This document shows, piece after piece, positions 1-9,483 of a stretch of 64,000 bases of DNA. The translations under genes were made by a program, and so were the position numbers. Every line of letters starts with the position of its first letter. Positions within the stretch are counted from its first letter, which is position 1. The notes below the pieces were generated by a model, which made no database searches, was not told the origin of the DNA, and saw only the letters and a list, made by a program, of their open reading frames with translations. The stretch comes from a virus: positions 33,543-97,542 of the IMG/VR virus record IMGVR_UViG_3300046779_002131, one strand, 5' to 3'.

Positions 1-889
1 ACTCCGAACTCCAATGCCCCCAATCTTCGAGTTTTTGATAATCAACACGTTTTGCAAAGCGGTCAGCATATTCAGCTACCTGTTCAATTTCATGCCAGTT
101 TGCTTCTTGTACTACAAAACAGAAATGTTGAATTATGGATTGATATCTACTGATACCTTTCTGCAAATCTTGCCAGTTACCTCCGCGTACCTGTGCATAA
201 GTCAACTCAGTGGCAGCATCAATGCTTATTGTAAAACTTATTTTGTCTTGAATACAGTCTATTAGGTCTTGATGATGCCAAAGTAATGTCCCATTTGACG
301 GAGACGTCACCTTTATATTTGAATAGGGATAGTGTTGTAGTCTACGCAAGAATTCCAACCCACTATGGCTGGCCAATATTTCACCACTGTTAATTGGAAA
401 AAGTCTAAACTGTTGTTCTGGATGAGACATTGCATAATCAAAGATTTCATTGAAAATAGCTTTTTGCTTTTGTATTTTTTGATTGTTTTTTTCTTGTATG
501 ATATGTTCGCGACAACTAGGACATTTTAAATTGCAACTTCGATCTAGATCAATTTTTATGTTTGTAGGAAACTCATCGGCTTTGGGAATGATATCAGGGC
601 GCGGCGGAAGATATTGTAAATTAGGGCATGCCCAATTGCAATAGGTAAACTCTCCTGCAGCCACAGAATCTCTAACAAGTTGAGCTTGAGCATTGTGCCA
701 AATTTCTTTGATTGAACTCTGATAGATATTGCCTATGGCGTATGGCATGTGAAACTGACAACCGCAGAGCATCACATCACCGTCTTCGTCAATTTCAATC
801 ATCTGATAAGGATTGTAACAGAACTTACCAGCATAGTTTGGTTTGACAGTGGGACGGTATTTGTAGTGTACCAATACTTCAGGTTTCAT
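1..889 (-). CDS. Radical SAM protein with N-terminal SPASM/twitch-like Fe-S domain (3' truncated by window edge)
   Basis: Manual translation from ATG at 889: MKPEVLVHYK...FCYNPYQMIEIDEDGDVMLCGC...IGNIYQSSIKEIW...YCNWACP...LDRSCNLKCPSC (CxxxCxxC). Absent from the ORF track because it runs off the edge. Confidence 0.85.
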   Translation of the reverse strand, partial: MKPEVLVHYKYRPTVKPNYAGKFCYNPYQMIEIDEDGDVMLCGCQFHMPYAIGNIYQSSIKEIWHNAQAQLVRDSVAAGEFTYCNWACPNLQYLPPRPDIIPKADEFPTNIKIDLDRSCNLKCPSCREHIIQEKNNQKIQKQKAIFNEIFDYAMSHPEQQFRLFPINSGEILASHSGLEFLRRLQHYPYSNIKVTSPSNGTLLWHHQDLIDCIQDKISFTISIDAATELTYAQVRGGNWQDLQKGISRYQSIIQHFCFVVQEANWHEIEQVAEYADRFAKRVDYQKLEDWGHWSSE

Positions 890-899
890 TTATGATATT

Positions 900-1121
900 T
901 TAATATTGATATCGTCTGACGTGATGAAAAATAAATGGATTTGCTTTTCTAGTACCTGGGTCGCCGCCAACATTTAAACGAAGATCAGGATTGATATTTT
1001 TTGTAACACTGTTAATAACTGTTGCTATGTATCCATCGGTGGTGCGTATCAAACATAGTCCTTGATTATTAGTGACCATGTAGATGGGCATTCCACAATC
1101 ATCTTCTGATACATAAAGCAT
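900..1121 (-). CDS. Hypothetical small protein
   Basis: ORF track 900..1148; the internal ATG at 1121 (MLYVSEDD...) looks the more plausible start. Confidence 0.4.
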   Translation of the reverse strand: MLYVSEDDCGMPIYMVTNNQGLCLIRTTDGYIATVINSVTKNINPDLRLNVGGDPGTRKANPFIFHHVRRYQY

Positions 1122-1142
1122 TATTATTGTTATTATTATAAT

Positions 1143-1223
1143 GCTCACTTAACATTGTAGGGTAGCGAATCCGCAATGTAGGGCAGCAGCCGCCCACGCA
1201 ACCTAGACGGTCCTAAGGTTGTG
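1143..1223 (-). ncRNA. Candidate structured RNA element (unassigned)
   Basis: GC-rich intergenic island in AT-rich flanks, with stems AACCU/AGGUU, GGGCGG/CUGCCC and CAUUG/CAAUG on the minus strand. Confidence 0.35.
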
Positions 1224-1976
1224 TTACCAGTTTCGTGCAGTTTCTAGATAATCTATGAGATTTCTAAACTTAGTTTGATTGTCTGCACTGAGAACAGTTG
1301 TATAATCAGAATACGTATAGGGGCTTTTGGTTTTGATCTCAGTCCATATCGCTGTGAAATCATCGTGGTACTCTGTGCTATTTTGAATCAGTGGTGTATA
1401 GGGAACAGTTGAATTAAACCATGTTTGTAGATCGCTATCTAATACCGGAACTGTGAGTCCACGGTCTGCAGCCACAGCTTCTAACAGTGGCAAAAAGCTT
1501 GATATCATAGGAAAGTCTTGATATCTAATCACTGAATTTACTAGAGGGTCTGTGTCCTCTTTCATAAAGTTCATTAATTGCTGGAACATGTTCTGATAGA
1601 AATCAATGTTTGATTGACGTGCAAATTCAAACGCAGTTTTTTGCATGTGCCAAAAAGTAAACATTCGTTCGGCTCGTTCTCTATAAGTGCCTTGTAAACT
1701 GATAATACGTCCGGCATCATAACACTGTTGCACAATATCTGTTGGTAGAACCGAAAGCAACACAGCTTGCACTATACTGGGCCCAGTGGCCAGTTGGCGT
1801 AGACTTGATAAATCTTCAGTGGATAGTTCAAATCTATCGACTAATCTAAGGTCATACTGTGCATCATAGAAATCATCATCAGCACTGGTATAACCAAAAT
1901 CTTCCCACCAAATTTTATGCACTAGCCGCAATGGTATTTTGGAAGTGTAAAAATCAGGGCAATGTACTATAATCAT
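1224..1976 (-). CDS. Hypothetical protein
   Basis: 250-aa ORF with AGGAG RBS and upstream TAAATA. Confidence 0.75.
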   Translation of the reverse strand: MIIVHCPDFYTSKIPLRLVHKIWWEDFGYTSADDDFYDAQYDLRLVDRFELSTEDLSSLRQLATGPSIVQAVLLSVLPTDIVQQCYDAGRIISLQGTYRERAERMFTFWHMQKTAFEFARQSNIDFYQNMFQQLMNFMKEDTDPLVNSVIRYQDFPMISSFLPLLEAVAADRGLTVPVLDSDLQTWFNSTVPYTPLIQNSTEYHDDFTAIWTEIKTKSPYTYSDYTTVLSADNQTKFRNLIDYLETARNW

Positions 1977-2004
1977 TTAATACTCCTATCTTACGGTATT
2001 TACC

Positions 2005-2160
2005 TTAGTTTGGTGCAGCTGATTTTTGTTGCTGCTGTACAAATTCTGTTAGTTTGTGTCGAGCTTCGAGAAAATTAGAGGCTTCTATGGTCACTGTCTC
2101 TCTGACGTCTTCACCGGCGTCGTTTTTGCCCACCACAACTTCAAATGTATAAGAATTCAC
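2005..2160 (-). CDS. Small hypothetical protein (51 aa)
   Basis: Manual: GTG start, (M)NSYTFEVVVGKNDAGEDVRETVTIEASNFLEARHKL...; fills the gap between neighbours. Confidence 0.6.
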   Translation of the reverse strand: MNSYTFEVVVGKNDAGEDVRETVTIEASNFLEARHKLTEFVQQQQKSAAPN

Positions 2161-2162
2161 AA

Positions 2163-4805
2163 TCACAGACTTTCATCTTCTAAACGATCAATCAGCTGTT
2201 GAACTATGATGCGGTAAGCCTGTGGAGTGGGTGCTTTGGGCCATGAATGACTGCGCTCTTGATTAAGATTAAAAACTCTCACAGTATTGGTCGTTGGATC
2301 AAATCTAACTTTAAACCCACCATGAACCCAGTCGCCTTTTGTTCCCGGAAGCTCCACAGCTTCTTTTACGCCGCGATATAGTACTCGTCCGGTCTTGGGA
2401 TCACGTTCGTAGTGATGATATTCTGCAGTGACTAGACTTTCGTTGGTATTCTTTTTGACCTGATGTTCGGGATTGTCAGTGTTCCACTGCTCAATTTCTT
2501 GATTGATTTTTTTGACACGTTCGCGCCAATAACGTTCACGTTCGTCTACATCATAACCAGCACGTTTTAAGTTTTGTTTCAAACGGTCAGCAGCTGATGG
2601 TGTGGGTCGACGACGCACTTCTGACACATCGCGTTGTCGGAACCCAAACGCTCGATCTACATATTCTAGCACTTGGTCTGCGCTGTCAATAGTAAGTGGG
2701 TCAGTGCCACTGTACATTACATCAAAGTTGCCGGCGTAACGGCCCAGTGCCCAACCAAACCAGGCCGGATCACTGGGATCATATTCTAATGTAAGTGCAT
2801 TGTTACCGCGGCTATATTCAGCAAAGTTCTGCGAACCTTCAAAGCTAAATCCAAAACTATCTAAGGTTCTGCGCATGTAATTTACAAGCTGCGTCCAATC
2901 CATGCCGCGATCACTACCGTCACCGGGTGCAAACTCATTGAGTCCAATACCTAGTCCTGAGCCCTGTACCATCTTTCCGTACTTGGCCCACCAATCACCT
3001 TTGCTCATCTTATAACGACTTTGGAATGCCATCTCGGGCAAATGTTTGTAGTCTTGATATTGAATAGCAATTTCTTTGACACGACCTTCCATGACACTTT
3101 CTTCGCAGTTCCAGCGACGACGTGCTTTGCATATTGCTTTGTCCGGAGTCTTGGAACAGTCAATGTGATGCATTTTCTTTTGTCCTGCTGATCTAGAACA
3201 ATAACTTGATCTGCGTTTGGATGCTTTGCTACCACGCTTTAGTTTGCTGGGCTTGGTTGTCACAGCAGTCTGTAGTTTTGAGCCAGGATTTTCACGACGA
3301 TAAGCATTCACAGCCTTTTGACTCATGCCATCAGTCTTGTCCTTTTTATTGGCTTTTTGCCAATCTTCTTCAACACTTTCTGCAGGTACACAATTGTTGA
3401 CTCGGACTCCGCCCTTGACCTTTGTTTTAGGGTTTCCAATCTTTTTGCCTGACCAGCATTTAGGATCTAGGCGTGTTTTTTCTTCTGCCACACCTTCATT
3501 TTTAGCTGTCTTGGCAGCGTCCTTCCAGTCTTGGGCCGACGGGGCTAGTGGATGTCCTTTTGGTCTACTAGTGCCTGCCTTCTTGCGCTTGTTGACATTG
3601 TAGTAAAGACCTTTTTTGGCTTCTTCAGACACATTCTTATTGCCCTGTGCAATCAATTTTCTCAATTGATCCATTTCTTGTCTAATGGCGTTGTGTTTTT
3701 TCCATACACTGTGATCGTCGCTGTATTCGTAGCTAGTGTCAAATATTTTTTCTAAGTAAGCTAAACGTTCTTTGGCTTGTGCAATATCATCTGCGCCTTC
3801 CGCCACACCTTTTTCTTTATTCTGTTCTTTCTGATTAGGATTCAACTTCTTACGAATAGCATCTGCGACAGGATTACGACTACGGCTATATCTTAGATTT
3901 TCTTCACGCTCTTTGCTGTCATCTTGGTAGCCTTCCGCCACACCTTGCGACATGATCCAACCTTGGCCAGCACGAGTATCAAACTCGCCGACCTTTTCAC
4001 CATCCCAGCTTTGTGCTACAATTAATGTTTGATTCTTTTGCATGTGCTTATCTGCACCTAATGCATCAACCTGATCTAACCATTGATTGTAGTCGTTTAA
4101 CTTTTGAACGTTGTTGTGAGATTCTGTAAATCTATCATCAGTATCGTAGTCAAAACGCGGGATCATTCTACCGGCTTTTGCATCGGACGCCACACCGCTA
4201 AATGATGTCTTTTGTGGAGCACCAACTCCACCGCCAGCATAACCACCGGCGCCAATTTTTTCACCAGGTTGGCGACCACGATCACCTGTGCCAGAGGGAA
4301 CATATCCTTGAGCATACCCTTGTCGAGTCACACGAGTCACGCCCTTGCGACTACGGTCAATGTTCATTTTGCCGTGTGGACCTGAATATTCTGAACTGTT
4401 TTCGGCCATGCCTGCTGCTGCGGCATCTTGTTGAGTCATGCGTTGAGTTTCTTGCTCACGTTCTACATCACTCTCAAGATCGTTTGGGTTAGTATCTACT
4501 TCATTGAAATTTTTTTTTACTTCGCCTAGCGCACGTTGACGATCAATCATGCCACGTAGTTTGGCCATGTGTGCATCAAACCACACTGGATCAACTAAGT
4601 GACGCAGGAACTCATCCATCTTACCGGCTTTTTGAAACGCACGGAACTGTCCACCTAGGTATCTTGCTTCGGGGTAGGTAAGAGTAATGGGTTCATTGCC
4701 CACAATCAATTCTACATCTTGACTATTTTTAATGGCATTCAACAAGCGTCTAAGATTGTCTTGACCTTGGTGTCCTGTGGTTTCGTATAAGTTGGTGAAT
4801 AGCAT
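2163..4805 (-). CDS. Modular putative internal-head polyprotein (GVAE-type linkers, basic Cys/Lys-rich mini-modules)
   Basis: 880 aa; N-terminus MLFTNLYE; repeated GVAE/GMAE/VSEE/VEE/VME/LNE linkers between compositionally distinct segments. Confidence 0.7.
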   Translation of the reverse strand: MLFTNLYETTGHQGQDNLRRLLNAIKNSQDVELIVGNEPITLTYPEARYLGGQFRAFQKAGKMDEFLRHLVDPVWFDAHMAKLRGMIDRQRALGEVKKNFNEVDTNPNDLESDVEREQETQRMTQQDAAAAGMAENSSEYSGPHGKMNIDRSRKGVTRVTRQGYAQGYVPSGTGDRGRQPGEKIGAGGYAGGGVGAPQKTSFSGVASDAKAGRMIPRFDYDTDDRFTESHNNVQKLNDYNQWLDQVDALGADKHMQKNQTLIVAQSWDGEKVGEFDTRAGQGWIMSQGVAEGYQDDSKEREENLRYSRSRNPVADAIRKKLNPNQKEQNKEKGVAEGADDIAQAKERLAYLEKIFDTSYEYSDDHSVWKKHNAIRQEMDQLRKLIAQGNKNVSEEAKKGLYYNVNKRKKAGTSRPKGHPLAPSAQDWKDAAKTAKNEGVAEEKTRLDPKCWSGKKIGNPKTKVKGGVRVNNCVPAESVEEDWQKANKKDKTDGMSQKAVNAYRRENPGSKLQTAVTTKPSKLKRGSKASKRRSSYCSRSAGQKKMHHIDCSKTPDKAICKARRRWNCEESVMEGRVKEIAIQYQDYKHLPEMAFQSRYKMSKGDWWAKYGKMVQGSGLGIGLNEFAPGDGSDRGMDWTQLVNYMRRTLDSFGFSFEGSQNFAEYSRGNNALTLEYDPSDPAWFGWALGRYAGNFDVMYSGTDPLTIDSADQVLEYVDRAFGFRQRDVSEVRRRPTPSAADRLKQNLKRAGYDVDERERYWRERVKKINQEIEQWNTDNPEHQVKKNTNESLVTAEYHHYERDPKTGRVLYRGVKEAVELPGTKGDWVHGGFKVRFDPTTNTVRVFNLNQERSHSWPKAPTPQAYRIIVQQLIDRLEDESL
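3482..3947 (-). repeat. Dispersed linker repeat AAGGTGTGGC(G/A)GAAG (copies at about 3482-3496, 3796-3811, 3931-3947)
   Basis: Plus strand ccttccgccacacctt twice and cttctgccacacctt once; encodes x-G-V-A-E. Confidence 0.8.
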
Positions 4806-4806
4806 A

Positions 4807-5469
4807 TTATCGTTCTTCTATATAATCAGGCACCATTACGTCAGGCGCTGGCTGTTGGCGTTGTGCTTGTTGTGCGTTTTGGCGACGTGCTACAAAGATA
4901 TCACAGGCCAACTGTGCTTCATCAAGATCTTGGAACACCGATGTCAAGGGTTTGGCATTGACAGTGATACGGAATCCATCGTCCTCGTTGCCGTGAATTT
5001 TAATTTCGTGTCCGTCGGGTGTACGAATAGTTTTCACTGGCAGTAATCGTTCAACTGGATCTTTTTGTATATTTTGTTTGGCTTTGTTGATAAGCTCTTG
5101 ATCTCGTTGTCCCAGTCTATCCTCAATGCTTTTTAAGTAGTCATTGAGTCCGCGACGCACTGTGCTAATTACATCTTCGTCTTGACGTGTAAGATCACAG
5201 TCCTTGGCATCGCAAACACATTCTGACTCTAATCGATCACATGCATCACAATGGGCATCTTTGCTTTCACCGCCAACAAAATGTCCTTTGGCCGGATGTT
5301 GGGGATAGTCAGGATTGTCTAGCACTGAAATTTTTTTGCTCTTGAACAACGCAGGCATCTGCTGCACACTTTTCTGTTGTTGATTTAAGCCATGACGAGG
5401 CAATGCCGCAGGTGTCACTGAGCCTTCAAGCAACGACAACTTTGTCAAGATATCGCGGATATCGCTCAT
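4807..5469 (-). CDS. Hypothetical protein (probable virion/internal)
   Basis: 220-aa ORF; starts MSDIRDILTKLSLLE; contains a CxxC...CxC cluster. Confidence 0.7.
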   Translation of the reverse strand: MSDIRDILTKLSLLEGSVTPAALPRHGLNQQQKSVQQMPALFKSKKISVLDNPDYPQHPAKGHFVGGESKDAHCDACDRLESECVCDAKDCDLTRQDEDVISTVRRGLNDYLKSIEDRLGQRDQELINKAKQNIQKDPVERLLPVKTIRTPDGHEIKIHGNEDDGFRITVNAKPLTSVFQDLDEAQLACDIFVARRQNAQQAQRQQPAPDVMVPDYIEER

Positions 5470-5909
5470 GCTCGATCGCCTTTAAGGAAACTGCGTAACA
5501 TCCAACCATGTTTGCCATGTGCATCAATTCTTTCGGCAATAAAGTTAGCAATGCCCTGTTGGTTTTCATTTTCAGCAGCAGCAAAACAATTGTTAAGCAA
5601 TTGCAGCATTTGATTGTTGTCGTTTAATAATTCTTCAATCATTAATCGACTACGTGGAACTTTGGTTTGACCAGTGAGTTGGCTAAGTTCAACAAAACGT
5701 TCAAAACTTCCAGGAGCATACTCGCCCAAGGTACGAATATATTCAGCGGTTTTATCAATTGTGTTATCATAGACTTCTTCGTATATTTCTCCAAAGAATT
5801 CATGTAATTGAGCAAAATCTGGGCCTTCAACATTCCAGTGGAAGTACTGTGCCTTTATTACATAGGCATAAGCTGTGGCTAATAGGGTTTTTAAAGCTTC
5901 ACTTAACAC
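5466..5909 (-). CDS. dps: Dps family DNA-protecting ferritin-like protein
   Basis: HWNVEGPDFAQLHEFFGEIYEE, AEYIRTLG and KHGWMLRS are Dps signature motifs. Confidence 0.92.
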   Translation of the reverse strand: MLSEALKTLLATAYAYVIKAQYFHWNVEGPDFAQLHEFFGEIYEEVYDNTIDKTAEYIRTLGEYAPGSFERFVELSQLTGQTKVPRSRLMIEELLNDNNQMLQLLNNCFAAAENENQQGIANFIAERIDAHGKHGWMLRSFLKGDRA

Positions 5910-6096
5910 TCTTTTTCCTTTTCTTGGGCCGGGGTGTATTGGGCGTGGCCGCGTTTGTATATTTACCAGTCAAAAGATTTCCACCCATTCTTGACACAGT
6001 GCCTAGGTGACTCAACCCCCCAGCAACTGACGCAATTCCACCTGCAGATGAAGCACCTGCTGTGGCATTTTCTTTAATAAATTCACTGGCTCTCAT
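5899..6096 (-). CDS. Small tagged protein (Gly/Ala-rich, basic tail)
   Basis: MRASEFIKE N-terminal tag; overlaps neighbouring genes in coupled fashion. Confidence 0.7.
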   Translation of the reverse strand: MRASEFIKENATAGASSAGGIASVAGGLSHLGTVSRMGGNLLTGKYTNAATPNTPRPKKRKKSVK

Positions 6097-6388
6097 TTTG
6101 TGTACTTCCTATTTTTAATAATCCGCCGGATTTCATACGCCCTGGGCCGTGAATTACACGCATGTTAGTGACGTTTAAATGAGCCAAACAAGGCTGAACC
6201 AGTTCAAATCTAATTGTGTATTTTCCCGGAACCGCTGAAATTTGAAACAATTCTTCTAGATAATTTTCAGTCCAAATCCATGTGCGCTCAGCAAACAATT
6301 CATCGTTGACAAAGGTTCTGTAAGTGGGTGGTAAACCCTCCCATACACAGTCTACATCGCAGACAACTTGTACAAATTCCTGGCGCAT
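6083..6388 (-). CDS. Hypothetical protein
   Basis: 101-aa ORF with TAAATA 4 nt upstream of the ATG. Confidence 0.7.
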   Translation of the reverse strand: MRQEFVQVVCDVDCVWEGLPPTYRTFVNDELFAERTWIWTENYLEELFQISAVPGKYTIRFELVQPCLAHLNVTNMRVIHGPGRMKSGGLLKIGSTQNESQ

Positions 6389-6395
6389 GCTATAT

Positions 6396-8246
6396 TTAGC
6401 TGGCGCATTCTAAGGATTCCGGTTGGCTAATTTTGGCAGTGATTCTGGCTTTGCCAAAACCTTCTTTTCTACGCAAGATAACATAGGCTAGAAATTGATC
6501 TTGATCAGACCAAGCACTGGGATTGGTAAACTGATATTGCTGAAAGTGGTGTTGCAGTGGGACTTCAGAGTCCAATATTACATCAATTAAATTATTGGGC
6601 TGATTGATTGTTTTGATCTGCGGATCTTGGTGGCAAAATATAAAAGCACGTTGAATTTCAACAACCTGTTCTACAAAGGGATCTTTGCAAATTGATCTGA
6701 ACCAGCCGGCCAAACGTTGATGATTAGATTCAACGTCTAGATATAGAGCACGAACTGTGTTCCAAATTGCATAATATCCAGCACTTTGTCCTGAATGAAA
6801 GAACTTTTCTACATCAACCCGTATTGTCTGCATCTGTTGATTGAAATACTCGTCTGAGGGCAACCAAGCTTCTAGACTTTCGTATATCTGTTGAAAGCTC
6901 CAGCCCTGAGATCTAAGATATCTAGCATACATTTCGCACCAACCGTGATGATGAAATGTCACAATCATCCAACTAAAAATTGTAGCGTTGACAAAGTCCT
7001 CGGTACTCAGTGTTGAAGTTCCGGTAATAATACTTTGACGTTCGTTGATACCAGATAGTTCGCACTGCCAATAGTCATTGATTTCTGTGACCGTGATTCC
7101 GTATTTTTCCTGATCATCAACCAACGCACTGTTACGCAACAATTCCACTGGGAATACAAATACACATCCATGCTGACCCATTTCCAACAGTTCAAAATGA
7201 CCTTGGCGCCAGGAGTCCAGAGTTTCCTCGGGTAGTCCAAGAATTAATTCTGTGTAAAAAGGTATCTGACGTCGGTTACAGTCTTGAAACAGTGTGCTGA
7301 GATCATTGATACGCATGTTCTTGCGTTTGATTGCAGTCAGTGTGGCATCATTCATACTCTGCACACTCAATGTTAGGCCGCGATTCAATCCTTCAGCTGT
7401 GAGCTCTTGAGCAATATCAAGTATGGTTTGATTGGAATTTTTGTACCAATTGGTTTGTAGTTGCTGAGGAAATCCATACTGTCGCTTTGTTTCAACTAGC
7501 TTTTGTACAATAGCACGATCTCGATCAGGAAACACACCAAAGTTAGCATCAGTTAGCATCACAAATTCAATGCCATTTTTTCCAGCCCACTCAATTTCAG
7601 CAAACACCTTCTCCAGGGGAAATGATTTAATTTTTGAATATGTCAATCCTCCCCAGTCACAAAAAGTACAAGCAAACGGGCATCCACGATTGGTTTCAAA
7701 TGTCATGGCATATTGATGCCTGCGATCCTTGACCAAATCATCAAATAGTCCGGTTAAGTATGGGCTTGGAACATCGAGGTCAAACAATCTTTGAGCTACA
7801 TAATCTCTTTTTGGCCTGCCGTCGAGTATGTCCAGCAACACTTCCTGAAACGCATGTTCGCCCTCGTAGCGTATGGTTATATCAATCCATGAATTTTCTG
7901 CACGCCAGGCGCGGTGATCGTCTTCGCCGTTGGGAATACTTGGTCCACCAAATATTATTGTACATTCGGGATATCTTTGTTTGATGACTCGACTTAGATG
8001 CAGGTTGTACTGTTCATTCCAGACATAGTTACTGAATGCACAGATTGAAGGACAGTCAAGACTGTTGACTACTTGATCAACTGGATCTCTCAAGATTCCA
8101 AAACCAGCTAGGTTAAAATTATCTTTGACTCTGGGATTGGTAACGGCATAACTCCAAATGGCACCTACTGCATATGGTAACCAAACTGTAGTCACTGAGC
8201 CTATACCAGAAATGAAATTTGGAGCATAAAGGTATACATTGCGCAT
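6396..8246 (-). CDS. B12-binding-domain radical SAM protein
   Basis: N-terminal cobalamin-binding-like region (FSNYVWN, IIFGGP, EGE); ETNRGCPFACTFCDW; DANFG; ELILGLPEET. Confidence 0.9.
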   Translation of the reverse strand: MRNVYLYAPNFISGIGSVTTVWLPYAVGAIWSYAVTNPRVKDNFNLAGFGILRDPVDQVVNSLDCPSICAFSNYVWNEQYNLHLSRVIKQRYPECTIIFGGPSIPNGEDDHRAWRAENSWIDITIRYEGEHAFQEVLLDILDGRPKRDYVAQRLFDLDVPSPYLTGLFDDLVKDRRHQYAMTFETNRGCPFACTFCDWGGLTYSKIKSFPLEKVFAEIEWAGKNGIEFVMLTDANFGVFPDRDRAIVQKLVETKRQYGFPQQLQTNWYKNSNQTILDIAQELTAEGLNRGLTLSVQSMNDATLTAIKRKNMRINDLSTLFQDCNRRQIPFYTELILGLPEETLDSWRQGHFELLEMGQHGCVFVFPVELLRNSALVDDQEKYGITVTEINDYWQCELSGINERQSIITGTSTLSTEDFVNATIFSWMIVTFHHHGWCEMYARYLRSQGWSFQQIYESLEAWLPSDEYFNQQMQTIRVDVEKFFHSGQSAGYYAIWNTVRALYLDVESNHQRLAGWFRSICKDPFVEQVVEIQRAFIFCHQDPQIKTINQPNNLIDVILDSEVPLQHHFQQYQFTNPSAWSDQDQFLAYVILRRKEGFGKARITAKISQPESLECAS

Positions 8247-8281
8247 GGCAATATTTACTCCTAATTAACAGCGTATTTAAT

Positions 8282-8842
8282 TTAGTAAGGGCGGCCTTCG
8301 GCTTCGCTGCGACAGCCTTCGTGCCAGCTGTTGGAATTTCCCGGTGGGCATAAATTGGGATCCTTGATACCACGAGACTGTGCCCATTTGTCACCGGCCT
8401 GATGACCCGAACAATCCTGTGTGCAAGGATACTCGCGCCAAGTCAAGCCATTTTCATCTAGTTCTTCTTCCATTGGTAGAGCTGCGCTGGGTGCAGGTTT
8501 TTTTACAGCACCACCGGCCACGGGTCTGCTACCCCCGGTTGAAATACTAAAAGGACCAATCGTGGTTTTTTTAGGCATTTCTCGACCAGTCCAACTTCCA
8601 TCAGGTTTAATATTGGTTACTTGCACATTAGATGGAACCGAAGCTGCTGCTGCTCGTTGTGTTTGAATCTCTTGACCAATTGCAGCTTGTTTGTTGCTTA
8701 GATCATTAATAGCTTGTGAAATATCAGATGCTGCAATCTTGGCGCCTTGTTGTGTGGTCATTGCTCCGGCGTCTACAGCATCTTTCCAAGGCATTTCGGC
8801 TTCTTGGTAAGATTTTTTCTTAACAAATTCTCGTGCTCTCAT
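8282..8842 (-). CDS. Tagged modular protein with C-terminal Cys/His module
   Basis: MRAREF tag; after ELDE a CTQDCSGHQAG..W...C...HEGC module. Confidence 0.7.
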   Translation of the reverse strand: MRAREFVKKKSYQEAEMPWKDAVDAGAMTTQQGAKIAASDISQAINDLSNKQAAIGQEIQTQRAAAASVPSNVQVTNIKPDGSWTGREMPKKTTIGPFSISTGGSRPVAGGAVKKPAPSAALPMEEELDENGLTWREYPCTQDCSGHQAGDKWAQSRGIKDPNLCPPGNSNSWHEGCRSEAEGRPY

Positions 8843-9483
8843 GTTGTTTTATATACCGTTGAAAATACATTCTTGTAGTCTTTAAAATTCTCATGGCGAT
8901 CTTGTAATCCACGCATATTGGGATTAATTTGTTTTGTTACAGCACGAGTATCATTAAAGTTTTGTACGTTGGGACGTACCCGTTGTTTCCAATACCATAT
9001 GGCAATTTTTGCTGCTATGTCTGGCCTTGACGCCAGTTCTGGCTGACGTTCTAAAGGCACGCCCAGTGCTTCTCCAGCACGACGATAGTTGTCTCGGCCT
9101 GTGATTTGTATAAAGCCACGCCCTTTGTAACGTTCGCCATCTCCGGGCTGTGTGTTGCCTAGTACTCTGGCCTTTTGTGGATCTACTCTAGGATCATATC
9201 GCAGAAAGTAATTACGATCGCCCATTTCTTGCATGTGTAAAAAACCTGCGGATTCGTGATAGCATTGTGCTAGGAACTGTGCCAGTTCTGTGCCTCTAAT
9301 ACCAGCGGATCTAGCAGCACGATGTAATGCTTCTTCTGCCCCGGTATTGGAACTAAGCAGTGGAGGCCCAACTTTTTCGCCGGCCTGTGCTGCAGGAACA
9401 CCTGCAGCGGCCATAGCGCCTGCTCCTAGTGCACCTAGGAATCCTCGACGATCTATTTCAGATATAAACTCATAGGATCTCAT
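8839..9483 (-). CDS. GH19 chitinase/lysozyme-like muramidase with Tat-like signal
   Basis: AQFLAQCYHES, YKGRGFIQITGRDNY, TKQIN; N-terminus MRSYEFISE-IDRRGFLGALGAGAMAAAG...AQA. Confidence 0.88.
   Translation of the reverse strand: MRSYEFISEIDRRGFLGALGAGAMAAAGVPAAQAGEKVGPPLLSSNTGAEEALHRAARSAGIRGTELAQFLAQCYHESAGFLHMQEMGDRNYFLRYDPRVDPQKARVLGNTQPGDGERYKGRGFIQITGRDNYRRAGEALGVPLERQPELASRPDIAAKIAIWYWKQRVRPNVQNFNDTRAVTKQINPNMRGLQDRHENFKDYKNVFSTVYKTT

Noticed and set aside
14-265. Plus-strand 83-aa ORF
   Set aside because: Antisense to the radical SAM gene running off the left edge.
1143-1223. tRNA or simple terminator
   Set aside because: No cloverleaf, TTC-loop or CCA, and no U-tract after the stems.
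3796-3811. GGTGTGGCGG as a Chi site
   Set aside because: It does not match E. coli Chi (GCTGGTGG), and the host Chi is unknown, so this cannot be supported.
3482-3947. GVAE repeats as a CRISPR array
   Set aside because: The repeats are only about 16 nt, irregularly spaced (135-315 nt), in frame within a CDS, and no cas genes are present.
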